This document shows, in pieces, positions 29,553 through 38,820 of a stretch of DNA of 64,000 nt (position 1 is the first letter of the stretch; every line of letters starts with the position of its first letter). Made by a program: the position numbers and the translations under genes. The notes under the pieces are model-generated. The model worked only from the letters and a program-made list of their open reading frames with translations. It ran no database searches and was not told the origin of the DNA. Location: assembly GCA_963725665.1 (NCBI GenBank), contig CAVRZA010000006.1:128001-192000 (forward strand), given 5' to 3'. Origin of the DNA: an uncultured Actinomycetes bacterium. Its GTDB lineage: Bacteria; Actinomycetota; Thermoleophilia; UBA2241.

Positions 29553-30821
29553 ATGGATGAGCCCTGGAGAACCGACGACTTCTTCGTCAGCCCGTGGAAC
29601 TATCAGCCCGAGGTGAGGGAGGGGTTCACGCCGCCTGATCGCGTGGCCGTACACGACCTGACCCTGCGCGACGGCGAGCAGCAGGCCGGCATCGAGTTCA
29701 CCGCCGACCAGAAGGTGCGCATCGCCGAGGCTCTGGCGGAGGCCGGCGTCGACCGCATCGAAGCCGGCATGCCGGCGGTCTCGCCGTCCGACGCCGAGGC
29801 TGTCAGGCGCATCGCGTCCGCCGGCCTCCCCTCACGCATCTTCGCCTTCTCACGGTGCATGGTCTCGGACGTCGAGAAGGCGCTCGAGGCGGGCGTGACG
29901 GGGATCATCATGGAAGTGCCGGTCAGCCGTCACATCATCGAGTTCGCCTACCGCTGGCCGTACGAGCGTGCGCTCGAGACGACGATCAAGGCCACGAAGT
30001 TCGCTCACGAGAACGGCCTCGAAGTCATCTTCTTCCCCATCGACTCGACGAGGGCGGGCATCAGCGAGTTCCTCGACCTCATCCAGACGATCGAGCGTGA
30101 GGGTCATATGGACGGCCTGGTGCTCGTTGACACGTTCGGGGTGCTGTCGCCGCCGGCGGCCTCGTTTATGGTGCGCAAGGTGAAGGAGCGGATCAGCAAG
30201 CCGCTCGAAACACACTTCCACAACGACTTCGATCTCGGTGTGGCGAACACAGTCACTGCCGTCGCGCAGGGGGTGGATACGGTCCAGGTGTCCGTGAGCG
30301 GCATCGGCGAACGGGCCGGAAACGTGCCGCTCGAGGAGACGCTGCTTGCGCTGAAGATGCTCTACGGGATCGAGAGCAACGTCGATCTGTCCAAGCTGTA
30401 TGGCTTGTCGAAGCTCGTCCGCGATATCGCCGGTGTGTCGGTGCCACCCAACCGGAGCATCGTGGGCGACAAGATCTTCCACGTCGAGTCCGGCATCATC
30501 GTGAGCTGGGTCAAGAATTCCGGCGCGGAGCATCTGACCGAAGCCTTCCCGTTCCGTCCCGAGCTCGTGGGTCAGAGCGGTCCCGAGATCGTCCTGGGAA
30601 AGGGAAGTGGGCTCGACTCCGTGCTCATCTGGCTCGATCGCCTAGGGCTCGGCCCTGCAGAGGGCGACGAGGCATCGGAGATCCTGCAGGAGGTGAAGGC
30701 GAGGTCACTCGCCAAGCGGGGGTTGATCAGCGAGGACGAGTTTCGGGAAATCGCTGAAACCGTGCTCTCGCCAAGAAGGGAACCGACGGAATCGGGCCTC
30801 CCCGCTACAGGATCCTCTTAG
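29553..30821 (+). CDS. DRE-TIM acetyl-CoA condensing enzyme (LeuA/homocitrate synthase-like, no regulatory domain)
   Basis: DLTLRDGEQ, IEAG, LVDTFG, HFHNDFDLG, GIGERAGN, LGKGSG. Confidence 0.88.
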   Translation: MDEPWRTDDFFVSPWNYQPEVREGFTPPDRVAVHDLTLRDGEQQAGIEFTADQKVRIAEALAEAGVDRIEAGMPAVSPSDAEAVRRIASAGLPSRIFAFSRCMVSDVEKALEAGVTGIIMEVPVSRHIIEFAYRWPYERALETTIKATKFAHENGLEVIFFPIDSTRAGISEFLDLIQTIEREGHMDGLVLVDTFGVLSPPAASFMVRKVKERISKPLETHFHNDFDLGVANTVTAVAQGVDTVQVSVSGIGERAGNVPLEETLLALKMLYGIESNVDLSKLYGLSKLVRDIAGVSVPPNRSIVGDKIFHVESGIIVSWVKNSGAEHLTEAFPFRPELVGQSGPEIVLGKGSGLDSVLIWLDRLGLGPAEGDEASEILQEVKARSLAKRGLISEDEFREIAETVLSPRREPTESGLPATGSS

Positions 30822-31063
30822 CGCCCCGTCTCGTCGAGACATGTCCGCGTGACTTGGATCGCGGAGGGAAAGACCTGCCGGCCACCGCGACGGACTGACA
30901 ACGTTGGATTCACTTCCGTCAGTCCTGGATCCGGACAAGCCATCACACCGTTATCTGGTGCGGCATGGCGACCGGCGTCGTCTGTCATCAGGGCGGGCCG
31001 ACGCCACGGGCGAGCGCAGTCTCTGCACAGTCCAGTTCTCAAGAAGGCGCTCTCCCATCGTCG

Positions 31064-31999
31064 CTAGAGAGAATCCGGCAGGCCGCGTTCATCGCTTTCG
31101 TTCTCGTCAAGCCCGCACTCGATGTGGCCTCGTATGGCCAGATACACCGCCGAATAGTCCAAGTGGCCCAGCCCGAGAGTCTGCGCCCGTCTGAACTGGC
31201 GCGATGCAGCCTCGATGACGGGCACAGCCACTCCGTGTTGCTGAGCCAACTCGACTGCAGACATAAGATCCTTTGTCTCGAGATCGAGAGAGAAGAGGGG
31301 TGCATAGTCGCTTGAGGCAGGGTGAGCTGGATCGGCACCGGGTGCCGGGAAACGCACGCGGAGCACTCGGGAGTCTGCGGTCGAATGCGTGAGAACGTGG
31401 TAGAGGGCCTGTTGACCGAGCCCTTCTCGTCGTGCCATCTCGCAGGCCTCGGCCAGGCCGCCCATGGTGCATCCGATGATGGCATTGTTGCAGAGCTTGG
31501 CAGCTTGCCCCTTGCCTGGGCCGCCGACGTGAAGGATCAGCTCACCGATTGCTTCGAGCACCGTCCGGCACTCTTCCAAGACCTCTTCTCGGCCACCCAC
31601 CATGATGGTGAGGCTGCCGTCAGCCGCCCCCCTTGGACCACCGCTCACGGGGGCATCAAGCCATCTCAGACCGAGCGCCTCGAGCCGAGATGCCATTTCG
31701 CGAGCGAAATGGGGTGAGGTAGTAGATGTGTCAACGATGATGGCTCCCTGGGCTGCTGCCGAGCAGGCTCCATCGTCGTCGAATAGGGCTGACTCGACCG
31801 CCGTGGGTGACGGTAGCGAGAGCATGATGAGCTCTGCGCCGACCACCGTTTCGGCAGGTGTTGGTCTCGAAGGAGCCCCGAGAAGCGTGAGTCGTTCGGA
31901 GTCAAGGTCACAGGCAACGAGCTCGTGGCCAGAGCTCTTTAGCTTCTTCGCCATAGGAAGGCCCATGGTGCCGATGCCTATGAAGGCGATACGGGTCAA
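31064..31999 (-). CDS. NAD(P)-dependent oxidoreductase, 3-hydroxyisobutyrate dehydrogenase family
   Basis: TTG start just after the upstream stop. FIGIGTMG, DAPVSGG, KLCNN, KDL. Confidence 0.9.
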   Translation of the reverse strand: MTRIAFIGIGTMGLPMAKKLKSSGHELVACDLDSERLTLLGAPSRPTPAETVVGAELIMLSLPSPTAVESALFDDDGACSAAAQGAIIVDTSTTSPHFAREMASRLEALGLRWLDAPVSGGPRGAADGSLTIMVGGREEVLEECRTVLEAIGELILHVGGPGKGQAAKLCNNAIIGCTMGGLAEACEMARREGLGQQALYHVLTHSTADSRVLRVRFPAPGADPAHPASSDYAPLFSLDLETKDLMSAVELAQQHGVAVPVIEAASRQFRRAQTLGLGHLDYSAVYLAIRGHIECGLDENESDERGLPDSL

Positions 32000-32000
32000 T

Positions 32001-32573
32001 TCAGGAATCGTTGGTGTCGCCGGCAGTCCCGAACGCTTGCAGACGAGCGCAAGGACGTCCGGCGGTCGACATGGCCACGGCAATGACGATCTCGTTTGGC
32101 CTCGGCGCGTCGGGGACTCGCACCTCGAACGACTGGTGATGTGAGCGCGTCGTGGCGTCGTAGACGTGCTTCAGCGGTATGTCGAATGAGGACCCGACAG
32201 TGCCGCGCTTCTCAAGTGAAGGCAGAAGCGTGGTGGCCTCACCAGCGGCGGTGCGCACCGGATTGCCGAAGCGCAGCGTGTGAATGATGGCAGAGCCATG
32301 CTCGATCTCGCCGTCACTCCCCACAAGGGCACCCTTACCGAACGCCTCCGGTGAACTCGGTAGCAGCTCCAGACAGCGACCCGCCAGTAGGACTCCCAAC
32401 TTGCGACTGTAGGTTTCGATCAACGGCGTCAGGTCTTCCACATCCTTACCTGCAAAAGGATTCCTGACGACAGCGGCCGCTGCGGCGATCGTTGTGGGCG
32501 GCTCGACCGCCCTCTCGCCCTCGAGGTGGACTTCTTCCGCTATCTGGTAGAGCTTCCTGATCACCGCTTCCAA
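32001..32573 (-). CDS. DUF1185 / 'amino acid synthesis' family protein
   Basis: AAAAVVRNPFAG, FGKGALVG..GE.EHG, DIPL, RSH, DAPRPNEI. Confidence 0.85.
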   Translation of the reverse strand: MEAVIRKLYQIAEEVHLEGERAVEPPTTIAAAAAVVRNPFAGKDVEDLTPLIETYSRKLGVLLAGRCLELLPSSPEAFGKGALVGSDGEIEHGSAIIHTLRFGNPVRTAAGEATTLLPSLEKRGTVGSSFDIPLKHVYDATTRSHHQSFEVRVPDAPRPNEIVIAVAMSTAGRPCARLQAFGTAGDTNDS

Positions 32574-33274
32574 TTCGCCTCCTGCGTTCGGTTAACCCCA
32601 TAGCTGCGAATCCCGCCTGAGAGAAGGCGGTTACCGACGGCTACGCTCGTGGCTATCTTGCCGTTCTGGACGACAAGCCGCCCCCGCTTTCGAGCAAACT
32701 CGCCATGCCCCAGTTCTACCCGCCAGACCAGCGTCGGCCCCAGGAGGACACCCATTCTTGCCGTCCCGAAGCACCCGTTGTGCGGACTGCTTGCCGCCTC
32801 TACTGCGCATTGTACTTGCCAGCGGATGAGAGAGACGACGATGACGACTGTGCCTGTGCCCGTTCCCGCGACGAGCGCCCCTGCCGTCCCAGGCCCGCAG
32901 CCGTTACACCGCCTCCCCCATGACCCCTTGCCCGGCTCACGCGGCTCGCCGCACATGACGCGGCCGGCCGGGGACCTTCCGCGGAAGCTGCCGATATGTT
33001 GCTGGATCTTGGGGAAACGCGAGGCTCGCACTCGGAGGGGAGGGACCAGTCTCCGCACCAAAAGGACGCCGAATCGTCCTCAAACGACGCCGAATGGCAC
33101 CCTGGGCTGCCCACTTGGGAAGCCTGATTTCTACCACTGGGCTAGGACGGCATTGCGGCGATTTGCAGGAGTTTCTTGTTCCTGCTGGCCGGCCAAGGAT
33201 GACACGCATTGCTGAAGAACTGCGACGATCTGCAGGAATAGGCAGGCTGGCGAATGCCTCGTCTTACGCCCTGT

Positions 33275-34543
33275 TCAGTCCCCGGCCGGCACCGTCTCGC
33301 CATCTTCTGCTCCTGAAGAGACGTGCATCACGTAGCGCCTGAACCGCGGCATGCCACGCGCGATCGCCGTGATGCCCGCTACGCAGCCGATCCCGCCGAT
33401 GACGATCGAAGCCTGGGGTCCGACCAAGGCCGCGAGCGCGCCGGCCTCCAGGTTGCCAATCCGCGGCCCGGCCTGGATCACGGCCGTCTGGATCGAGGTG
33501 AGACGGCCGCGCAGCCGGTCGGGCGCCTCGACCTGCAGGATCGTGTGACGGAACACCGACGAGATCACGTCGGCCCAGCCGGCGATGGCGAGCATGAGCA
33601 GCGCCAGCCACAGCCAGGGCGAGAGCCCGAACGCCGCGATCGCGACGCCCCACATCACGATCGCAAGGATGACGGCGCGACCCAGCCTTGAGACCCGGAC
33701 GGTCCAGCCCGAGAGCAGCGTGCCGATGAGCGCGCCGGCTCCTGGCGCCGCATACATGTAGCCGAGCAACTGGGCATCTCCGTTGAAGTGCGACAGCGCC
33801 ATCGCCGGGAACAACGCCAGGGGCATGCCGAGGATCATGGCGGTCAGGTCGGCCAGGAAGATGCCCTGAATGGCCTGCCGGCCGCGTAGGTAGCGAAAGC
33901 CCTCAACGATCGAGCGGAGGCCGAACCTTGTGCCGGATCCCTCGGGCACGAGCGCGGGCAACCCGATTGACGCGACGATCACGGCGGTGAAGCTCACCGC
34001 GTCGAGCCAGTACGCCGCCGCAATGCTGAAACGCGCCAGCAGCAGCCCGCCGAGGGCGGGGCCGAGCACGAGCGAGGCCTGCCCCCCGAGCTGGCGCAGC
34101 GCGTTGGCCGCGGGGATCTGATCGCGAGGGACGAGGTTGACCAAGATCGCCATACGCGCCGGGCCATCGGCGCCGGCGAAGAAGGCGCCGCACCCGACCA
34201 GCGCGTAGAGCAGCCCGATGCTCGGCGTATCGCCGAGGCTGTTCACCGCGAGCCCGACGCTGCAGAGCGCCAGCGCGACCTGGGTCACGACCAGCATCCT
34301 GCGGCGGTCGATCGCGTCGGCGAGCGAACCACCGAGCAGCGAGCCGACGAGCGCCGGGCCAAGCTGGGCGAGACTCACCAGACCGACGTAGAGCGACGAC
34401 TCGGTGAGCAGGTACACCTGGTAGTAGACGGCAACGAGGGCGAGCTCCGAGCCCATCTGCGATACAACGAGGCCGAGCCACAGACGCCGGAAGTGCGGGA
34501 ACCGCCGCAGCGGTTCGATATTGATGATCGGCAGCCGTCTCAT
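33275..34543 (-). CDS. MFS transporter (EntS/MFS_3-like exporter)
   Basis: About 12 hydrophobic segments; GGSLADAIDRRR; APDRLRGRL. Confidence 0.92.
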   Translation of the reverse strand: MRRLPIINIEPLRRFPHFRRLWLGLVVSQMGSELALVAVYYQVYLLTESSLYVGLVSLAQLGPALVGSLLGGSLADAIDRRRMLVVTQVALALCSVGLAVNSLGDTPSIGLLYALVGCGAFFAGADGPARMAILVNLVPRDQIPAANALRQLGGQASLVLGPALGGLLLARFSIAAAYWLDAVSFTAVIVASIGLPALVPEGSGTRFGLRSIVEGFRYLRGRQAIQGIFLADLTAMILGMPLALFPAMALSHFNGDAQLLGYMYAAPGAGALIGTLLSGWTVRVSRLGRAVILAIVMWGVAIAAFGLSPWLWLALLMLAIAGWADVISSVFRHTILQVEAPDRLRGRLTSIQTAVIQAGPRIGNLEAGALAALVGPQASIVIGGIGCVAGITAIARGMPRFRRYVMHVSSGAEDGETVPAGD

Positions 34544-34723
34544 GCCGGCCCGTCGGCCAGGCTGCGCTGGCCTGACACCGGACCGGGAGTCGTGTTCGAG
34601 CACCAGCGAGCCGCCTCCCAGAGCCGGCGCTCATGCGCTCGTCCGCATTCTCCTTGCCCACCGCGCACCTCGACTTGGATGTCCACAGCCTCCTCGCTTC
34701 ACCCACTCCGCACTGACCACACA

Positions 34724-34738
34724 CGATATCTGATATCG
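34724..34738. promoter_or_regulatory. Palindrome CGATATC-T-GATATCG, candidate operator
   Basis: Perfect AT-rich palindrome about 180 bp upstream of the MFS start. Confidence 0.4.
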
Positions 34739-35049
34739 CATGCGGCGGTGGCACGACCTCGCGCAGCTGACTCGTGCCACGGTGCGCGTGCCCGATGCCG
34801 TCGAGCTCAAGGGCCTCGACGAGACCGATTCGGCGAGACGGCATACAACCTGACATGAGACGAGTGCGGCGGCGGGCTGCCTCGAGGCGGCCCGCCGCCG
34901 CACTCAGAAGGAAGCAGTCAGATCGCCCGCGGCGCGTCGCCTGTCAGAGCGGGACGAGGCGGCAGGGAGTGGTCGGCCGACGCTCCGGCCTGACATGGAA
35001 GGGCGCGGGCCGCGGAACGAGTTCCGCGGCCCGCGCCCGAACGACTCGG

Positions 35050-35081
35050 GGGCCGGGTGCCGCTGACTCGGCACCCGGCCC
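35050..35081 (-). terminator. Stem-loop downstream of the htrA-like gene
   Basis: GGGCCGGGTGCCG-CTGACT-CGGCACCCGGCCC. Confidence 0.7.
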
Positions 35082-35118
35082 TTGCAGGGTCACTGCCACC
35101 GATCCCCATGTTGAACGT

Positions 35119-36027
35119 CTACCAGAGCTGGCTGGGGTCGATCCCTTGGCTGGGGTCGATCTGGCCGTAGCCCTGGCTGGGGTCGATCTGGCCCGACTGG
35201 GCCTGGCTGGGCTGGAACGAGCCCGACTTCATCTGCTCCATGACCTTCACGGCGGTGTCGATCGGCACGGCAAAACCGATGCCCTCGTTGCCGCCCGACT
35301 GCGAGGCGATCTGCTCGTTGATGCCGATCACGGCACCCGACGCGTCGAACAGCGGGCCACCCGAGTTGCCGGGGTTGATCGAGGCGTCGGTCTGGATGGC
35401 GCCGCTGATGGTCGCCCCGTTCGGTGACTGGACCTCGCGGTCGACCGCGGACACCACCCCCGTCGAGAGAGAGAAGTCGAGACCGAGGGGGTTGCCGATG
35501 GCCACGACGGACTCGCCCACCGCGACCTTGGAGGAGTCGCCCAGCTTGACGGGCGTGAGGGTCGGCGACTGACTCGGGTCGACCTTGAGGAGGGCGACGT
35601 CGGTCGTCTCGTCGACGCCGACGATGGTGGCGGCGACGTCGGTCGTCTGATTGCCGCTGCCCTTGAACGTGACTTTGACGTCACTGGCCGTCTGCCCGCT
35701 CTCGCTCACGACGTGGGCGTTGGTGAGGATGTAGCCGTCCTTCGAGACGACGAAGCCGGTGCCGATGCCCTGGCCTCCGCCCGACGACTGGCCGAAGATG
35801 TCCTGCGTGCCGGCGAAGGTACTCGTGATCTCGACGACGCTGCCGGAGTTCTGCTGGTAGATCTGCTGGGGAGTGAGCCCGCTGGTCGAGAACGACGTCT
35901 GCGTGCCGTTGACGACTGTCGTGCCGGCGTCGGCGCGCAGGGGACCGATCCCGACGACTGTGGCGATGCCGAGGAGCAGCGCCGTTCCGGCGATGCCGCC
36001 GACCAAACCCATAAAGAACCTTCTCAT
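35119..36027 (-). CDS. HtrA-like S1C serine protease lacking a PDZ domain
   Basis: N-terminal TM; GTGF, TNAHVV, TDVALLK, QTDASINPGNSGGPL; ends in IDPSQ repeats. Confidence 0.92.
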   Translation of the reverse strand: MRRFFMGLVGGIAGTALLLGIATVVGIGPLRADAGTTVVNGTQTSFSTSGLTPQQIYQQNSGSVVEITSTFAGTQDIFGQSSGGGQGIGTGFVVSKDGYILTNAHVVSESGQTASDVKVTFKGSGNQTTDVAATIVGVDETTDVALLKVDPSQSPTLTPVKLGDSSKVAVGESVVAIGNPLGLDFSLSTGVVSAVDREVQSPNGATISGAIQTDASINPGNSGGPLFDASGAVIGINEQIASQSGGNEGIGFAVPIDTAVKVMEQMKSGSFQPSQAQSGQIDPSQGYGQIDPSQGIDPSQLW

Positions 36028-36161
36028 TTCCTTGGGACCTTTCTCTGCCGAAGGGATGTGAGGGCGGACAGTGAGACACCGTCTCGGCTCGACGGGCCCT
36101 CCGCTCTGCCTTGTGGCCTACTGAGATTGTGCCGCGACGAGATTAAGAGGGCACTGGGAGC

Positions 36162-36231
36162 CTGTTAGCGCCCCAGCACTTGCTGTTAAGCGCCTGTTAA
36201 TTCCCTAGTGGTTTCTGAGAGAAGGCTGAGA
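36162..36231 (-). promoter_or_regulatory. Phased direct repeats, MprA/OmpR-family binding array
   Basis: On the minus strand, TCTCAG-N5-TCTCAG (36215-36231) and TTAACAG-N4-TTAACAG (36183-36200), each with 11-bp period, upstream of htrA. Confidence 0.6.
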
Positions 36232-36397
36232 GGAGGCCGTGCACCGGCCGTGAGGCGCGGGGCGCCGAGGCCGCGGCGCCGGGGCCGCGGCGGCCGCAGG
36301 CGTCGACGCGATGCGCCCGCTACCAGCGGCAACGACGGGCTGCCCGCGCGCGCATCAGCACTTGCCGATGGTGGGCGCCACATGCCATAACCACGAC

Positions 36398-37330
36398 ATG
36401 AGCTGGCCCGCATACCTCGACCTGCTCGCCTCCGGTGAGCTGGCGGAGCGCGCGCGCAGCGCCTCGCTCCTGCTCGTCGGCTGCCGCCTCTGCCCCCGTC
36501 GTTGCGGCGCCGACAGGTGGCGCGGCCGCACCGGTGTGTGCGGCATCGGCGCTCGGGCGCGGGTCGCCAGCTACGGCCCACACCACGGCGAGGAGCGCTG
36601 CCTCAGCGGCCCCAGCGGGTCGGGCACCATCTTCTTCAGCGGCTGCAACCTGGGCTGCGTCTTCTGCCAGAACTGGGAGATCTCGCACGGGCGGCGCGGC
36701 GGACACCTGGAGAGCGAGGAGGTCGCAGCGAGGGAGCTCGCCGGCATGATGCTCGAGCTGCAGGGGCTGGGCTGTCACAACATCAACTTCGTGACGCCCT
36801 CGCACGTCGTGCCGCAGATCCTCGAGGCGCTCGCCGTTGCCGTTCCGGAAGGGCTGCGCCTGCCGCTCGTCTACAACACCAGCGGCTACGACGCCGTCGA
36901 GACGCTGCGCCTGCTCGACGGCGTGGTCGACCTCTACATGCCCGACTTCAAGTACTGGGACAAGGAGGCGGCCGCGCGGGACCTCACGGCCGCCGACTAT
37001 CCCGAGGCGGCGCGCGAGGCCATCGTCGAGATGCACCGCCAGGTCGGCGACCTGGCGCTGGACGGCGACGGCCTCGCGCGCCGCGGCCTGCTCGTGCGCC
37101 ATCTCGTTATGCCCGGGATGCTCGACCAGAGCCGCCAGATCTTCGCCTGGCTCGCCGCACTGAGCCCTGGGACGGCGGTCAACGTCATGGCACAGTACCG
37201 CCCCGAGGGGCTCGCGGCGCGGCAGCAGAACGACTACCCCGAGCTCGCCCGTCAGCTGACGCGCAGCGACTACGCGGCGGCGCTCGACGAGGCCCGCGCA
37301 GCGGGCCTCCGGCGCGCCGCCCGCCTCTAG
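36398..37330 (+). CDS. Radical SAM protein, PflX-like
   Basis: CRLCPRRC, SGTIFFSGCNLGCVFCQN, HNINFVTPSH, YMPDFKY, RHLVMPG. Confidence 0.9.
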   Translation: MSWPAYLDLLASGELAERARSASLLLVGCRLCPRRCGADRWRGRTGVCGIGARARVASYGPHHGEERCLSGPSGSGTIFFSGCNLGCVFCQNWEISHGRRGGHLESEEVAARELAGMMLELQGLGCHNINFVTPSHVVPQILEALAVAVPEGLRLPLVYNTSGYDAVETLRLLDGVVDLYMPDFKYWDKEAAARDLTAADYPEAAREAIVEMHRQVGDLALDGDGLARRGLLVRHLVMPGMLDQSRQIFAWLAALSPGTAVNVMAQYRPEGLAARQQNDYPELARQLTRSDYAAALDEARAAGLRRAARL

Positions 37331-37344
37331 CTCTCCGACCACAC

Positions 37345-37375
37345 GGGGCCGGGTGTCGTTCCGACACCCGGCCCC
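37345..37375. terminator. Stem-loop between convergent genes (bidirectional terminator)
   Basis: GGGGCCGGGTGTCG-TTC-CGACACCCGGCCCC. Confidence 0.75.
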
Positions 37376-37409
37376 GCCGCATCTCCGCCGACCTTCTGCA
37401 ACCCGTGCG

Positions 37410-38810
37410 CTACAGCTGCTTCACGCCCTGGATCAGCTTGGCGGCCATGTCCTGGCCGTCGCCGTAGAGCATGCGCGTGTTGTCGCCGAAGAAGAGCGGG
37501 TTCTCGACGCCGGCAAACCCGGCGCCGCGGCCGCGCTTGATGACGATCACGTTCTTGGCCCGGTCGACGTCGAGCACCGGCATGCCGTAGATGGGGCTCG
37601 TCTTGTCGGTCTTCGCGCCCGGGTTGACCGTGTCGTTGGCGCCAATCACGAGAGCGACGTCGGTCGTCGCGAAATCGGGGTTGATCTCGTCGATGTCGTA
37701 GATCAAGTCGTAGGGCACGCCGGCCTCGGCGAGGAGCACGTTCATGTGTCCCGGCATGCGTCCGGCGACGGGGTGGATGCCGAACTTCACCTGCACCCCG
37801 CGCTCGCGCAACAGCTCGGCGAGCTCCCAAATCTTGTGCTGTGCCTGCGCGACCGCCATGCCGTAGCCGGGAGCGATGACCACCTTGTCGGCGTAGGCCA
37901 TCATGATGGCCGCGTCGTCGGGTTCGATGGGCTTGAGGTTGCCCTCGGCGCCGCCAACCGCCTCGGCGCCCTCGGCGGCGCCGAAGCCGCTGAAGAGCAC
38001 GTGCGCCAGCGAGCGGTTCATCGCTCGCGCCATGAGCTGGGTGAGCAGCGTGCCGGCGGCGCCGACCACCATGCCGGCGATGATCATGGCGGCGTTGCCG
38101 AGCACGTAGCCCTCGAAGGCCACGGCGAGGCCGGTGAGGGCGTTGTAGAGCGAGATGACGACCGGCATGTCGGCGCCGCCGATGGGCAGCGTCATGAGCA
38201 CACCGAAGGCGAGGGCGAGGGCGAAGAAGAGAGCGATCAGAGGGGTGCCGGCGTGCCCCGAGACGCCCGTCTCGCCGAGCACGATGGCGATGCCTAGGGC
38301 CACGGCGGCGCCCAAGACTGCGAGGTTGAGCACGTTCTGCCCGCGGAACTTGAAGGCCCGTTTAACGATCCCCTGCAGCTTGGAGAAGGCGATGAGGCTG
38401 CCGCTGAAGGAGACGGCGCCGATGATCGCACCGAGCACCGCCAGGATGGCGACGTCGGCCGGACGGTGGGCGGCCGACGCCGCGCCGCCCTTCAGAAGCT
38501 CGACGGCGGCGATCGCGCCGGCCGCGCCGCCGCCCATGCCGTTGAAGAGGGCGATCATCTGCGGCATGCCCGTCATCGGCACACGTCGCCCCCACCAGCC
38601 GGCCAGGGCCACACCGGCGACGATGGCGACGACCATCGGCACACGGTTGTGCATCCCGGGCGTGAAGAAAGTCGCCACGACGGCGACCAGCATGCCGACG
38701 CCGGCCCACACGATGCCGTTGCGGGCCGTGACTGGCGAGCTCATGCGCCGCAGGCCGAGGATGAAGAGCACGGCCGCGGCGAAGTAGCTCGCCAGGATGA
38801 CCTGGTCCAT
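37410..38810 (-). CDS. pntB: NAD(P) transhydrogenase subunit beta
   Basis: IGGADMPVVIS, PGYGMAVAQAQH, IHPVAGRMPGHMNVLLAEA, GANDTVNP. Confidence 0.97.
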   Translation of the reverse strand: MDQVILASYFAAAVLFILGLRRMSSPVTARNGIVWAGVGMLVAVVATFFTPGMHNRVPMVVAIVAGVALAGWWGRRVPMTGMPQMIALFNGMGGGAAGAIAAVELLKGGAASAAHRPADVAILAVLGAIIGAVSFSGSLIAFSKLQGIVKRAFKFRGQNVLNLAVLGAAVALGIAIVLGETGVSGHAGTPLIALFFALALAFGVLMTLPIGGADMPVVISLYNALTGLAVAFEGYVLGNAAMIIAGMVVGAAGTLLTQLMARAMNRSLAHVLFSGFGAAEGAEAVGGAEGNLKPIEPDDAAIMMAYADKVVIAPGYGMAVAQAQHKIWELAELLRERGVQVKFGIHPVAGRMPGHMNVLLAEAGVPYDLIYDIDEINPDFATTDVALVIGANDTVNPGAKTDKTSPIYGMPVLDVDRAKNVIVIKRGRGAGFAGVENPLFFGDNTRMLYGDGQDMAAKLIQGVKQL

Positions 38811-38820
38811 CGCCTGCTCC

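Noticed and set aside
32574-33274. ORFs or a mobile-element end in the 700-bp gap
   Set aside because: No recognisable motifs, RBS-supported starts or terminal repeats; left unannotated.
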